Below are positions 9,839-19,258 of a DNA stretch of 64,000 nt, piece after piece. Source of the DNA: an uncultured Candidatus Rokubacteria bacterium (GTDB lineage Bacteria > Methylomirabilota > Methylomirabilia > Rokubacteriales > DASRDR01). The notes under the pieces are model-generated. The model did no database searches. It worked only from the letters and a program-made list of their open reading frames with translations, and was not told the DNA's origin. Numbering within the stretch: position 1 is the stretch's first letter; every line of letters begins with the position of its first letter. Location of the stretch: positions 416,001 to 480,000 of the forward strand of contig CAWGVS010000006.1 of the NCBI GenBank assembly GCA_963826115.1, given 5' to 3'. The position numbers and the translations under genes are program-made.

Positions 9839-10978
9839 GTGAGGGTCCTGCTGCTGTCTCCCCACAAACGGAACTGGGACACGGATCCCGTCTACCCGCA
9901 GATCGAGTCGGGGCTGCGCCGCCTGGGCTGCGAGGTCACCCTCCTCACGGAAGAGGACTACCTGAGCCCCCGCATGCCGGGCCCCGTGACGAAGCTCGTT
10001 GGCGCGAGTCTGATGCGACGGCGCGCCTTCGCTGCCGCGATCGAATCGGATGTGGTGGAGGCCGCGGGAGGGCTTGGGTGGAGCCTGTTCTCCGCACTGC
10101 GGGCCGGCCTTCAGCGGACGCCGCGGCCACTCCTGGTGACGCGTCTGCACGGGCTCGAGTACCTCGACGAGCAAGCGCGCTTCATCGAGGACATCGCCGG
10201 CTTGATCCGCTTGCCGGCGAAGTACAAGCTGTTCACCCGGCACTGGGTCAACTGGCAGGACTTCCGGAGCATCCGCCTCAGCGACGCAGTGGTGTGCCAC
10301 ACGTCGAGGGATGCCGACGGCGTCATGAGCCGTCGACTGAAGCCCGAGTGCGCGATCGCCACGATGCCGCTCGCGATGGAGTCGCGTTATGTCAGGGAGC
10401 ACACCTATCGTGATCCGGGGGTCCGGATCTTGTGGTGGGGGTCGTGGATCGAGCGCAAGGGTATCACGACGCTCCCGCGCGCCCTGGAGCTGCTAGGCAG
10501 GTCGGTCCCGGACGCGACCGTCACCCTGGGCGGCACGGGCGTCCCCGCGGAGACCGTCCTCGCGACGCTGCCCCCCGGCGTGCGCTCGCGGGTTACCGTC
10601 CTACCCTTCGTGTCACGCGAGCAGCACCTGGAGATCCTCGACGCGCACGACGTGTTCCTCTTCCCGTCGCTGTCGGAGGGGTTCGGGCTCGCCCTCGCCG
10701 AGGCCATGGCGAGCGGCCTGCCGTGCGTGACGACGTTCACTGGCCTCGCCCACGACTGGCTGGAGCACGGGCAGAACTGCCTGCTCGTGCCGATGAGCTC
10801 GCCTACGGGAGTGGCAAGAGCGCTCGAGCGGCTCCTGACGAGCGTGGATCTGCGGCGCGCCCTCGGCCGGTCGGCTCAAGCGACCACGCGCCACTGGTCG
10901 TGGGAGCGCCTCGCCCGGGAGACGGTAGAATGGTACGAAAAGCAGCTGCGGGAGCTGCGACAGCCACCCGCGGCGTAG
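9839..10978 (+). CDS. Glycosyltransferase family 4
   Basis: ERKG, FLFPSLSEGFGLALAEAMASGLPCV, WSWERLA. Confidence 0.93.
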   Translation: MRVLLLSPHKRNWDTDPVYPQIESGLRRLGCEVTLLTEEDYLSPRMPGPVTKLVGASLMRRRAFAAAIESDVVEAAGGLGWSLFSALRAGLQRTPRPLLVTRLHGLEYLDEQARFIEDIAGLIRLPAKYKLFTRHWVNWQDFRSIRLSDAVVCHTSRDADGVMSRRLKPECAIATMPLAMESRYVREHTYRDPGVRILWWGSWIERKGITTLPRALELLGRSVPDATVTLGGTGVPAETVLATLPPGVRSRVTVLPFVSREQHLEILDAHDVFLFPSLSEGFGLALAEAMASGLPCVTTFTGLAHDWLEHGQNCLLVPMSSPTGVARALERLLTSVDLRRALGRSAQATTRHWSWERLARETVEWYEKQLRELRQPPAA

Positions 10979-11096
10979 ACTGCAGTCGGTGACGCCGGGG
11001 CCACCGGGAGGCGAGTGATCGTGGGAGGCCTGCCCGTCGAGCGACGATCGGGGGATTCGGGACCGACGCCCCGCATCGTCCGCTGCCCCGGCACCA

Positions 11097-11408
11097 CTGT
11101 TTTCGACGCACTCCGACGGCTTTGGGCTGGCTCTCATCGAAGGGATGGCCTGTGGGCTGGCCCCGGTGGTCACCGCGGTGGGTGTGGCGCCGGAGATCGT
11201 GCGGCAGGGGGAGACCGGCCTGCTGGTCCCGATCGGGGACGTGGAGGCCATCGTCGGCGCGGTACGGACGCTCTCGCGGGATCCTCGCCGGCGACTCGAC
11301 CTGCGACGAAGCGCCCAGAACACGGTGCGGGAGCTCTCCTGGACCAACGTCGCGACGCGCACGGTGGCGCTCTACGAGCGAATCCTGCGTGAGCGCTCCC
11401 GGGCGTAG
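11097..11408 (+). pseudogene. 5'-truncated GT4 glycosyltransferase fragment
   Basis: In frame LFSTHSDGFGLALIEGMACGLAPVVTAVGVAPEIVRQGETGLLVP...SWTNVATRTVALYE. Only ~120 bp separate it from the previous gene, so the N-terminal domain is missing. Confidence 0.8.
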
Positions 11409-11476
11409 CCGTCGCGAGCAGGCCCTCGACGGGCGAGGCTGAGCGGAAGAGAAACCCGGTAGCGGTAGATGATCCG

Positions 11477-11509
11477 CCCGCGGGTCGCGTCGGCTCGCGA
11501 TCCCGCGGG
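11477..11509. terminator. GC-rich hairpin between convergent genes
   Basis: CCCGCGGG-TCGCG...CGCGA-T-CCCGCGGG inverted repeat; no strong U-tract. Confidence 0.4.
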
Positions 11510-11530
11510 CGGGTCTTGTGCGGAGTCGAG

Positions 11531-12811
11531 CTACTTCAGGATCTCGTCCACCCGCTTCTGAGCCTCGGCCAGGATCGGCGCGATGGGCTGGGTCGTCGTC
11601 ACGACCGTCTGGATCGCCGTGACGATCGCCCGCTTGACCTCGATGATGTTCTTCACGGGCAGCTCGGCGTGCGCGTACTGGAGCTGATCGCGCGCCGTGA
11701 TCGCCTGGGGATACTTGCCGACGTAGTCCTTCATGAGGGGCGTCTCCCACGATGACTTCCGCGGGGCGACGTAGCCCGAGTCAATCGACCACCGGGCGAG
11801 CATCTCCGTCGATGTCATCCACTTCGTGAACTCCCAGGCCGCCTTCCGGCGGTCGGGCGGGGTGGCCTTGAAGAGGTAGAAGTTCCCGCCGCCCGTCGGG
11901 GCGCCGAACCGCTGGTCCTTCGCCAGGAACGCCGTCCCGAACTCGAACTTCGCGTTGTTGCGGATGAACCCGAGGCCGCCCGTCGTGTAGTAGATCATCG
12001 CGACGTTGCCGGCGGCGAAGTCGTTCGCCGTGGTGCCCCAGTTGACCGCGCCCGGGGGACTGACCTTCTCCTTCTCCCCGAGGTCGCGGAGGAACTGGGC
12101 CGCGGTCTCGGCCTGCTTGGTATTGAGCAGGACCTTGCAGCACGAGTTGTTCGCGTCGTAGAGGAGGCCGCCGGCCGCGATGGTGAGCCCCTCGTAGAGC
12201 CACGTGTCGACGCCACCGCTGGAGGGGATCATGAGACCCCAGCGGGTGGTGCGCCCGCCCTCCTGCTTGGTCAGCTTCTTGGCCGCCGCGACCATCTCCG
12301 CCCAGGTCTGGGGCGGCTTGTTCGGATCGAGCCCGACCTCCTTGAACGCCTCCTTGTTGTAGTACATGACCGGCGTCGAGCGCTGGAAGGGGATGGACCA
12401 CACCTTCCCGCCGCTGGTGGAGTTCAGCATGAACGCGGGGAAGAAGTCGTCCATCTTCACCTGGGCGGCGTCCGCCGCGATCAGCTCGTCCAGCGGGATG
12501 ACGATGTCCTGGCCGATGATGTCGTTGAGGTTCTGGGACAGCATGATGGCCACGTCCGGCGGGGTGCCCCCCTGGATGGCCGCCAGCGTCTTCGCGTAGG
12601 CCTCCGTGTAGCCGCCGGCGAACACCGGCTCCACCTGGACCTGCGGATGGCTCTTGTTCCACTCCTGGACGTAGCCGTCGATGATCCGGGCGAGCGGCCC
12701 GGCCACGCCGACCGGGTAGTAGAACTGTAGCTTCATCTGCGCCTGCGCCACCGGGGCGATCCCGCCGACCAGCGCGAGGACGAGGGCTGCGAGCAGCGCG
12801 CGGAGCTTCAT
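11531..12811 (-). CDS. ABC transporter substrate-binding protein, UgpB-like (glycerol-3-phosphate/CUT1)
   Basis: Signal peptide MKLRALLAALVLALVGGIAPVAQA; YYPVGVAGPL, WSIPFQRSTPVMYYNK, PTGGGNFY. SD AAAGGGAG. Confidence 0.9.
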   Translation of the reverse strand: MKLRALLAALVLALVGGIAPVAQAQMKLQFYYPVGVAGPLARIIDGYVQEWNKSHPQVQVEPVFAGGYTEAYAKTLAAIQGGTPPDVAIMLSQNLNDIIGQDIVIPLDELIAADAAQVKMDDFFPAFMLNSTSGGKVWSIPFQRSTPVMYYNKEAFKEVGLDPNKPPQTWAEMVAAAKKLTKQEGGRTTRWGLMIPSSGGVDTWLYEGLTIAAGGLLYDANNSCCKVLLNTKQAETAAQFLRDLGEKEKVSPPGAVNWGTTANDFAAGNVAMIYYTTGGLGFIRNNAKFEFGTAFLAKDQRFGAPTGGGNFYLFKATPPDRRKAAWEFTKWMTSTEMLARWSIDSGYVAPRKSSWETPLMKDYVGKYPQAITARDQLQYAHAELPVKNIIEVKRAIVTAIQTVVTTTQPIAPILAEAQKRVDEILK

Positions 12812-12840
12812 GGGTGTCTCCCTTTCGCGGGCCGGGGCCG

Positions 12841-13641
12841 TCACCCCTTCAGGCCCGACTGCGTGAAGGACTGGATGAACACACGCTGGAACAGCACGAA
12901 CAGCAGCATCAGGGGCGCGATGACGATCAGGGTGCCGGCGCAGATCAGCCCCCACTCCGCTCCGGATTCTGACGCGCGGGTGAAGGACTGGAGGCCGACG
13001 GCGAGGACGCGGGTCGAGTTGCTGGACGTGGCCACCAGGGGCCAGAGGAACTCGTTCCAGTGGTAGATCAGGCTCACCACGGCGAACGCGGCGAGGTGCG
13101 GTCGGACCATGGGCACCAGCACGTGCCACAGGATCCGCACCCTCCCCGCGCCGTCCAGCATGGCAGCCTCGTCGTACTCCCGCGGGATGCTGCGGAACCC
13201 CTGGCGGACGAGGAAGATCCCGTACGCGCTGGCGACGTAGGGCATCGCGAGGCCCGTCAACGTGTCGCCGAGGCCGATGGCGCGGAGGGTCAGGAAATTC
13301 GGCAGGATGAGGACGACCGGCGGCAGGAACAGCTGGAGGAGCACGGCGTAGAAGACGACCTGCCGTCCCGGGAACCGGAGGCGCGCGAGGGTGTAGGCGG
13401 CGAGCGTGACGGTCACGAGCTGCACCGCCAGGAGCCCCACCGTGTAGAGGACCGTGTTGCGATAGTAGAGGACGAACGTGGCCGACTGCCAGGCCAGGGA
13501 GAAGTTCTCCAGCGTCGGCGGGAAGCTCCAGTAGCGACCCTGGCCGAACTCCCGCGACGGCGTGAACGACGCGAGGAACAGGAACGCGATCGGCCCCAGG
13601 AACGGGAGGCACAGCGCGAGGGCCGGCCAGTCACGCCTCAT
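12841..13641 (-). CDS. Carbohydrate ABC permease (UgpE/MalG-like)
   Basis: EAA loop IPREYDEAAMLDGAG, WNEFLWPL. Confidence 0.92.
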   Translation of the reverse strand: MRRDWPALALCLPFLGPIAFLFLASFTPSREFGQGRYWSFPPTLENFSLAWQSATFVLYYRNTVLYTVGLLAVQLVTVTLAAYTLARLRFPGRQVVFYAVLLQLFLPPVVLILPNFLTLRAIGLGDTLTGLAMPYVASAYGIFLVRQGFRSIPREYDEAAMLDGAGRVRILWHVLVPMVRPHLAAFAVVSLIYHWNEFLWPLVATSSNSTRVLAVGLQSFTRASESGAEWGLICAGTLIVIAPLMLLFVLFQRVFIQSFTQSGLKG

Positions 13642-14620
13642 AGTGAACCCCTCGCTCGAGGCGCGGCATGACCAGGACGGCGAGCGCCAGGAGCAGCGCC
13701 ACCATGAGGACCGTGAGCGCCGAGGCCCGCCCGGTGTCCCAGAACTCGAAGGCCTTGAGGTACGTCTCGTAGAGCAGCACGTTGGTCGCGTTCGCCGGGC
13801 CGCCGCGCGTCAGCACGAAGATGTGATCGACGTTCCGGAGCGCGTCGAGAGCGGCGGTCACCATGACGTAGAAGGTGATCGGCCCGAGGAGCGGCCACGT
13901 CACGTGGCGGAAAACGCGCCATTCCGAGGCACCCTCGACCCGCGCGCCCTCCTGGAGCTCGCGCGGGATCGCCTGGAGGCCCGCGAGGAAGAACAGCATG
14001 TAGAGCCCGCAGTTCTTGTAGATGGCCACGAACGCGACGGTAATCAGGGCGGTGTGCGGGTCCTCCAGCAGGCCCTGGGCGCGGCCGGTGAGCCGGGTGA
14101 TCAAGGTCGCGACGGGGCCCGAGACCGGATTCAGGAGGAACAGCCACGTCGCGGCGATGGCGACGGTCGGCAGCAGGACGGGATGGAAGATGAGCGTCCG
14201 CGCGACGAGCCGGAGCCGGCGGTGCCCGTCAACCGCCACGCCGGCGGCGAGCCCGAACGCCACCGCCAGCGGCCCGGCGATCAAGGCGTAGAGCCCCGTG
14301 TTCACCAGTACCTGGCGGAAGAGCGCGTCGTTCCAGAGGTCCCAGTAGTTCTGCCAGCCGACCCAGCGTGGCGCGGTCCCTCCCCGGCCGAAGCGCTGGA
14401 AGGAGCCCACCACGGAGACTACCAGCGGCCAGTAGGTGAAGACGAGCAGGAAGACAAGCGTCGGCGCCAGGAGCGCCGCTGCCAGCCAGGCGGCCGACCG
14501 GTTGGTACCCTGACGCGCCCGGGCGCCCGGGACGGCCAGTGCCCGCGCCTCCGCGCTGAGTGTGCTCAGGAGCCTCCTCCGCGACGGTCCGCGAGGAACG
14601 ACGCCCCGTGATCCCAACAC
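13631..14620 (-). CDS. Carbohydrate ABC permease (UgpA/MalF-like); start uncertain
   Basis: WVGWQNY, LAGLQAIPRELQEGARVEGAS, LTRGGPANAT. Possible starts are GTG 14620 or CTG 14569. Confidence 0.9.
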   Translation of the reverse strand: MLGSRGVVPRGPSRRRLLSTLSAEARALAVPGARARQGTNRSAAWLAAALLAPTLVFLLVFTYWPLVVSVVGSFQRFGRGGTAPRWVGWQNYWDLWNDALFRQVLVNTGLYALIAGPLAVAFGLAAGVAVDGHRRLRLVARTLIFHPVLLPTVAIAATWLFLLNPVSGPVATLITRLTGRAQGLLEDPHTALITVAFVAIYKNCGLYMLFFLAGLQAIPRELQEGARVEGASEWRVFRHVTWPLLGPITFYVMVTAALDALRNVDHIFVLTRGGPANATNVLLYETYLKAFEFWDTGRASALTVLMVALLLALAVLVMPRLERGVHYEA

Positions 14621-14665
14621 CGGGCCCGGCTCCTCGAATCGAGGGCTTCCAGGCCTGCCGGGGGG

Positions 14666-14694
14666 ACACTAGCACCGCCCCCAGGGACCGTCAA
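14666..14694 (-). promoter_or_regulatory. Sigma-70 promoter for the Ugp-like operon
   Basis: TTGACG-N17-TAGTGT with TG extended -10. Confidence 0.6.
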
Positions 14695-14709
14695 ACCCGC
14701 GACCGAGGC

Positions 14710-14747
14710 TTGACGCCGGTGTGATCGGATCGTTACGATTCGGTAAC
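14710..14747 (+). promoter_or_regulatory. Sigma-70 promoter with overlapping palindrome for the Afu-like operon
   Basis: TTGACG-N18-TACGAT; GTTAC-gattcg-GTAAC at 14732-14747 overlaps the -10. Confidence 0.6.
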
Positions 14748-14828
14748 AGCCGCGGCCGCCCGCCCGGTTCCGGGCCTGCTCGGCGGCCGCCGACGACCCC
14801 CACATCCTCGACGAGGAGGACCAGAGGC

Positions 14829-15863
14829 ATGCGACCACCCGTTCGGACTCTCTTGGCGCTCGTGGCCGGGCTCGCCGCGTGTCTCGCCCCTGCGGTCGCT
14901 CCGGCCCAGGGCCAGCTGGTCGTGTACTGCACGGTCCAGGAGGAGTGGTGCCGGGCCATGGTGACCGCCTTCGAGCGGGCCACGAACATCAAGGTCAGCA
15001 TGACCCGGAAGAGCTCCGGCGAGAACTATGCCCAGGTGAAGGCGGAGGCGGCGAACCCGAAGGGTGACGTCTGGTGGGGCGGCACCGGCGACCCGCATCT
15101 GCAGGCGGCGGAAGAGGGGCTCACCCTCGAGTACAAGTCGCCGAAGCTCGCCGATCTCCACGAGTGGGCGGTGCGCCAGGCCGAGCAGTCGAAGTACCGG
15201 ACGGTCGGCGTCTACGCGGGCGCTCTCGGGTTCGGCTTCAACACCGAGCTCCTCGCCAAGAAGGGCCTGCCCGAGCCCAAGTGCTGGGCGGACCTCCTGG
15301 ATCCCAAGTTCAAGGACGAGGTGCAGGTCGCGGACCCGAACTCGTCGGGGACGTCGTACACGATGCTCGCGACCATGGTCCAGATCATGGGCGAGGACAA
15401 GGGCTTCGACTACCTGAAGAAGCTCCACAAGAACGTGAACCAGTACACGAAGTCGGGCGCGGCGCCCGCCCAGGCGATGAGCCAGGGCGAGACCATGATC
15501 GGCATCACCTTCATGCACGACATCGTGACCTTCGCGGTCCAGGGGCGGCCGGTGAAGGTCGTGGCGCCGTGCGAGGGCACGGGGTACGAGATCGGCTCCA
15601 TGAGCATCATCAAGGGCGCGCCGAACCTCGAGAACGCCAAGAAGTGGTACGACTGGGCGCTCACCCCCGAGGCCCAGGCGATCGGCGCCCAGGCGAAGGC
15701 CTACCAGGTGCCGTCGAACAAGAACGCGCAGGCCCCGCCCCAGGCGCCGAAGTTCACGCTGATCAAGCTGATCAACTACGACTTCGCCAAGTACGGGTCG
15801 TCGGCCGAGCGGAAGCGCCTGCTTCAGAAGTGGGACACGGAGGTCAAGGCGCTGCCGAAGTGA
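14829..15863 (+). CDS. ABC substrate-binding protein, AfuA-like (usually annotated Fe3+; sugar-phosphate-binding family)
   Basis: LVVYC, SSGENYAQVKAEAANPKGDVWWGGTGDPHLQAA, DPNSSGTSY, YTKSG, PCEGTGYEIGSMSII. SD GAGGAGG. Confidence 0.9.
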   Translation: MRPPVRTLLALVAGLAACLAPAVAPAQGQLVVYCTVQEEWCRAMVTAFERATNIKVSMTRKSSGENYAQVKAEAANPKGDVWWGGTGDPHLQAAEEGLTLEYKSPKLADLHEWAVRQAEQSKYRTVGVYAGALGFGFNTELLAKKGLPEPKCWADLLDPKFKDEVQVADPNSSGTSYTMLATMVQIMGEDKGFDYLKKLHKNVNQYTKSGAAPAQAMSQGETMIGITFMHDIVTFAVQGRPVKVVAPCEGTGYEIGSMSIIKGAPNLENAKKWYDWALTPEAQAIGAQAKAYQVPSNKNAQAPPQAPKFTLIKLINYDFAKYGSSAERKRLLQKWDTEVKALPK

Positions 15864-15870
15864 GGGTAAC

Positions 15871-15918
15871 GGAGCTCCCGTCGTCGGCGCTCCGGCGAGC
15901 GCCGCGGGCGGGAGCTCC
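15871..15918 (+). promoter_or_regulatory. Intercistronic stem-loop after the SBP gene (mRNA stabiliser or attenuator)
   Basis: GGAGCTCCCG..CGGCGCTC-cggc-GAGCGCCG..CGGGAGCTCC. Confidence 0.55.
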
Positions 15919-15951
15919 CGCCTTGCCGGTCCGTCTCCCGCTCCGTTCGAG

Positions 15952-18156
15952 ATGACACGCGCGGCCCGGGGGTGGCTGGGCCTCGCCTGGCTGGGCTTCG
16001 CGATCCTCCCGTGGTACGCGCTCCCGGGCGACGGCGTGCTCGCGCCGGGCTGGTTGCTCCACCTGACCGACGCCGCCAACGGGTCCGCGCTGCTGCAGGG
16101 TCTCCTCCACGGACGGCCCTGGCTCCTGCCCGCCGGTCTGTCGCTGCTGCTGCCGTTCCTCGCCTGGCGACGCGAGCGAGAAGACCCGCGCGTCGCCCGG
16201 TGGCTCATCCTGGCGGGCGCCGGCGGGCTCGGGTGGATTGCCGCGCAGGGCTTCGCCATCGGTCACCGTGGCTGGGCTACCGGCTGGCTCGCGGCGCTCT
16301 TCGGCGCGCCGGGGCCGAGTCAGGCCGGCTTCGGCGTGGGGGCCGTCCTGGTCTGTCTGGCGTGCCTCCTGCTGGTGTGCGAGGGGCTGGCGGCGCGCGG
16401 CGTCATGAGGGGCGACGCCTTCCTCACGGGCGCGATCGGTCTCGTGATCGCCCTGGTGGTCGTCTTCGTGTTCTGGCCGGTGGGGACCGTGCTCTCGAGC
16501 GCGGTGCGCGACGACGCCGGGGCCTTCGCGCCGGCCGTGTTCCTGCAGAAGCTGGCGAGCCGCTCGATCTGGGGCCTGGACTGCCTGGTCGGGCCGCTCC
16601 GCTGCGGGGTGGCCTGGAACACGCTGTTCCTCGCGGTGCTGGTCGGCGTGGGCACGACCGTCATCGGCCTCGCCTTCGCGCTGATCGCCACGCGGACCGG
16701 GTTCCGGGCCAAGCCGCTCCTCCGCGCGCTCTCGGTGCTCCCGATCATCACGCCGCCCTTCGTCATCGGCCTCGCCCTGATCCTCCTGTTCGGGCGCGCG
16801 GGGGCGGTCACCGGCATTCTGTCGGACTGGTTCGGTATCCCGCGGACCCGCTGGCTCTACGGGCTGCCGGGCGTCCTGATCGCCCAGCTGCTCGCGTTCG
16901 CGCCGATCGGCTTCCTGGTCCTGATCGGGGTGGTGCAGGGGATCAGCCCGTCCCTCGAGGAGGCGGCGCAGACGCTCCGGGCCAGCCGCTGGACGACGTT
17001 CCGGACCGTGACGTGGCCGCTCCTCCGGCCGGGGGTCGCGAACGCGTTCCTGCTCGGGTTCGTCGAGAGCATGGCCGACTTCGGGAATCCGCTGGTGCTG
17101 TCCGGCAACTACGAGGTCCTGTCCATCCAGATCTTCTTCGCCGTCGTGGGGGCGGCGCACGACCAGGGACGGGCGGCGGTGCTCGCGATCGTGCTGCTCG
17201 TCTTCACGCTGGGGGCCTTCTACGCCCAGCAGCGATGGCTCGGCCGGGTGGCGTACACCACCGTGACCGGCAAGGGCGACGCGGGGCTGCCCGTGCCCCT
17301 GCCGGCGGGCATCCGCTGGGGCTGCTACGCGCTGGCCTTGCCCTGGGGGATCCTGACGGTGGTCATCTACGCGGTCATCGTCGTCGGGGGCTTCGTCCGC
17401 GCCATGGGCCGCGACTACTCGCCGACGCTCCAGCATTTCCTGACGGCCTTCAGCGTCGAGCGCGCCGCGACCGGCGGCCTCCACTTCACCGGGTCGGCCT
17501 GGGACTCCTTCTGGACCACGATCCAGATCGCCGCCATCTCGGCGCCGATCACCGCGGCGTTCGGCATCCTGACCGCCTATCTGCTCGCGCGCCAGCGGTT
17601 CGCCGGGAAGGGCCTGTTCGAGTTCGGGACGATGCTCTCCTTCGCGATTCCGGGGACGGTCATCGGCGTGAGCTACATCCTCGCCTTCAACGTGCCGCCC
17701 ATCGAGATCACCGGGACCGGCCTCATCCTCGTCCTCTGCTTCGTGTTCCGGAACATGCCGGTCGGTGTGCGGGCGGGGATCGCCGCGCTGTCGCAGATCG
17801 ACCGGAGCCTCGACGAGGCCTCGCTGACGCTGGGCGCCCGGACCGGGACGACGATGCGGCGCGTCGTGATGCCGCTCCTCCGCCCGGCCATCGTGGCTGC
17901 GCTCGTCTACAGCTTCGTCCGCGCGATGACCGCGGTGAGCGCGGTGATCTTCCTGGTCAGCGCGCGCTACAACCTCGCCACCGCCTACATCGTCGGCCGC
18001 GTCGAGGCCGGGGAGTTCGGGCTGGCGATCGTGTACTCGTCGGTGCTGATCGTCGTCATGCTGGCGGCGATCCTTCTGATCCAGTGGCTCGTCGGCGAGC
18101 GCCGGCTCGGGCGGCGGGCGCCGGCCGACCTCGGGCTGCAGGCGGCGGGCGGATAG
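15952..18156 (+). CDS. ABC permease with two TM domains (AfuB/FbpB-like)
   Basis: Two EAA loops (SLEEAAQTLRA, SLDEASLTLGA); LPIITPPFVIGL, ADFGNP. Confidence 0.93.
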   Translation: MTRAARGWLGLAWLGFAILPWYALPGDGVLAPGWLLHLTDAANGSALLQGLLHGRPWLLPAGLSLLLPFLAWRREREDPRVARWLILAGAGGLGWIAAQGFAIGHRGWATGWLAALFGAPGPSQAGFGVGAVLVCLACLLLVCEGLAARGVMRGDAFLTGAIGLVIALVVVFVFWPVGTVLSSAVRDDAGAFAPAVFLQKLASRSIWGLDCLVGPLRCGVAWNTLFLAVLVGVGTTVIGLAFALIATRTGFRAKPLLRALSVLPIITPPFVIGLALILLFGRAGAVTGILSDWFGIPRTRWLYGLPGVLIAQLLAFAPIGFLVLIGVVQGISPSLEEAAQTLRASRWTTFRTVTWPLLRPGVANAFLLGFVESMADFGNPLVLSGNYEVLSIQIFFAVVGAAHDQGRAAVLAIVLLVFTLGAFYAQQRWLGRVAYTTVTGKGDAGLPVPLPAGIRWGCYALALPWGILTVVIYAVIVVGGFVRAMGRDYSPTLQHFLTAFSVERAATGGLHFTGSAWDSFWTTIQIAAISAPITAAFGILTAYLLARQRFAGKGLFEFGTMLSFAIPGTVIGVSYILAFNVPPIEITGTGLILVLCFVFRNMPVGVRAGIAALSQIDRSLDEASLTLGARTGTTMRRVVMPLLRPAIVAALVYSFVRAMTAVSAVIFLVSARYNLATAYIVGRVEAGEFGLAIVYSSVLIVVMLAAILLIQWLVGERRLGRRAPADLGLQAAGG

Positions 18157-18167
18157 GCGGGAGCGCG

Positions 18168-19241
18168 ATGGCCAGCGACAACACCGACCGGACCGCCGCC
18201 GTCGAGTTCCGCCGCGTGACCAAGCGCTACGGGACCGTCGTCGCCGTGAACCAGGTGTCCTTCACGATCGAGCGGGCGACGCTCGTCACCTTGCTGGGCC
18301 CGTCCGGCTGCGGCAAGACCACCACCCTCCGTCTCATCGCGGGACTCGAGCTCCCGTCGGAGGGCGAGGTGCGCATCGGCGGGCGGGACGTCACCCGGCG
18401 GCCGGCGACCGAGCGGAACGTGAGCATGGTCTTCCAGTCCTACGCGCTGTTTCCGCACATGAGCGTGCTCGACAACGTCGCCTACGGCCCGGTCGTGGCG
18501 GGCGCGCCGCGAGCCCGCGCGCACGAGCAGGCGCGCGAGAAGCTGGCGCTCGTGGGGCTGACGGGCCTCGACACCCGGCTCCCCTCCGAGCTGTCCGGAG
18601 GCCAGCAGCAGCGGGTCGCCGTGGCCCGCGCGCTCGTCCTCGAGCCGGAGGTGCTGTGCTTCGACGAGCCCCTGTCGAACCTCGACGCGAAGCTCCGGCG
18701 CCGCGTCCGCGAGGACATCCGCGAGCTCCAGCAGCGCCTCGGTCTGACCGTCGCCTACGTGACGCACGATCAGCAGGAGGCGCTCGCGGTCTCCGACCGC
18801 ATCATCGTCATGGATCACGCCGCGATCGCCCAGAGCGGGACGCCGCGGGAGCTCTACGAGGCGCCGGTGAGCCTGTTCGTCGCCGACTTCGTCGGCGACT
18901 CGAACCTCGTCGATGCCGAGCTCACGACGCGGAACGGGGTGGCAGGGCAGGTGCGGGTCGGCGGGGTCGAACTCCGCCTGCCGCACCGGGGCGCGGCGAC
19001 TGGCCCGGTGAAGGTGGCGGTCCGTCCCGAGTCGCTCCGGCTCTCCACCGCGGCGCCGGCGGGGCCCGCGCTCGAGGGGCGCATCGCCAAGGCGGCCTAC
19101 CTCGGCACGCACATGGAGTACACTGTGTCGACGGCCGTCGGGGAGCTCTTCGTGGTCGATCGCGCCGTGTCCCGTCCCGTGGCGGCGGGAACGCCGGTGT
19201 GGGTGGCGTTCGAGGAGCACGGCGTCACCGTCGTCCCCTGA
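18168..19241 (+). CDS. ABC ATP-binding protein (AfuC/FbpC/PotA-like)
   Basis: GPSGCGKTT, LSGGQQQRV, FDEPLSNLD, TOBE-like tail. Confidence 0.95.
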   Translation: MASDNTDRTAAVEFRRVTKRYGTVVAVNQVSFTIERATLVTLLGPSGCGKTTTLRLIAGLELPSEGEVRIGGRDVTRRPATERNVSMVFQSYALFPHMSVLDNVAYGPVVAGAPRARAHEQAREKLALVGLTGLDTRLPSELSGGQQQRVAVARALVLEPEVLCFDEPLSNLDAKLRRRVREDIRELQQRLGLTVAYVTHDQQEALAVSDRIIVMDHAAIAQSGTPRELYEAPVSLFVADFVGDSNLVDAELTTRNGVAGQVRVGGVELRLPHRGAATGPVKVAVRPESLRLSTAAPAGPALEGRIAKAAYLGTHMEYTVSTAVGELFVVDRAVSRPVAAGTPVWVAFEEHGVTVVP

Positions 19242-19258
19242 CCCGCGGAGGAGAAACC

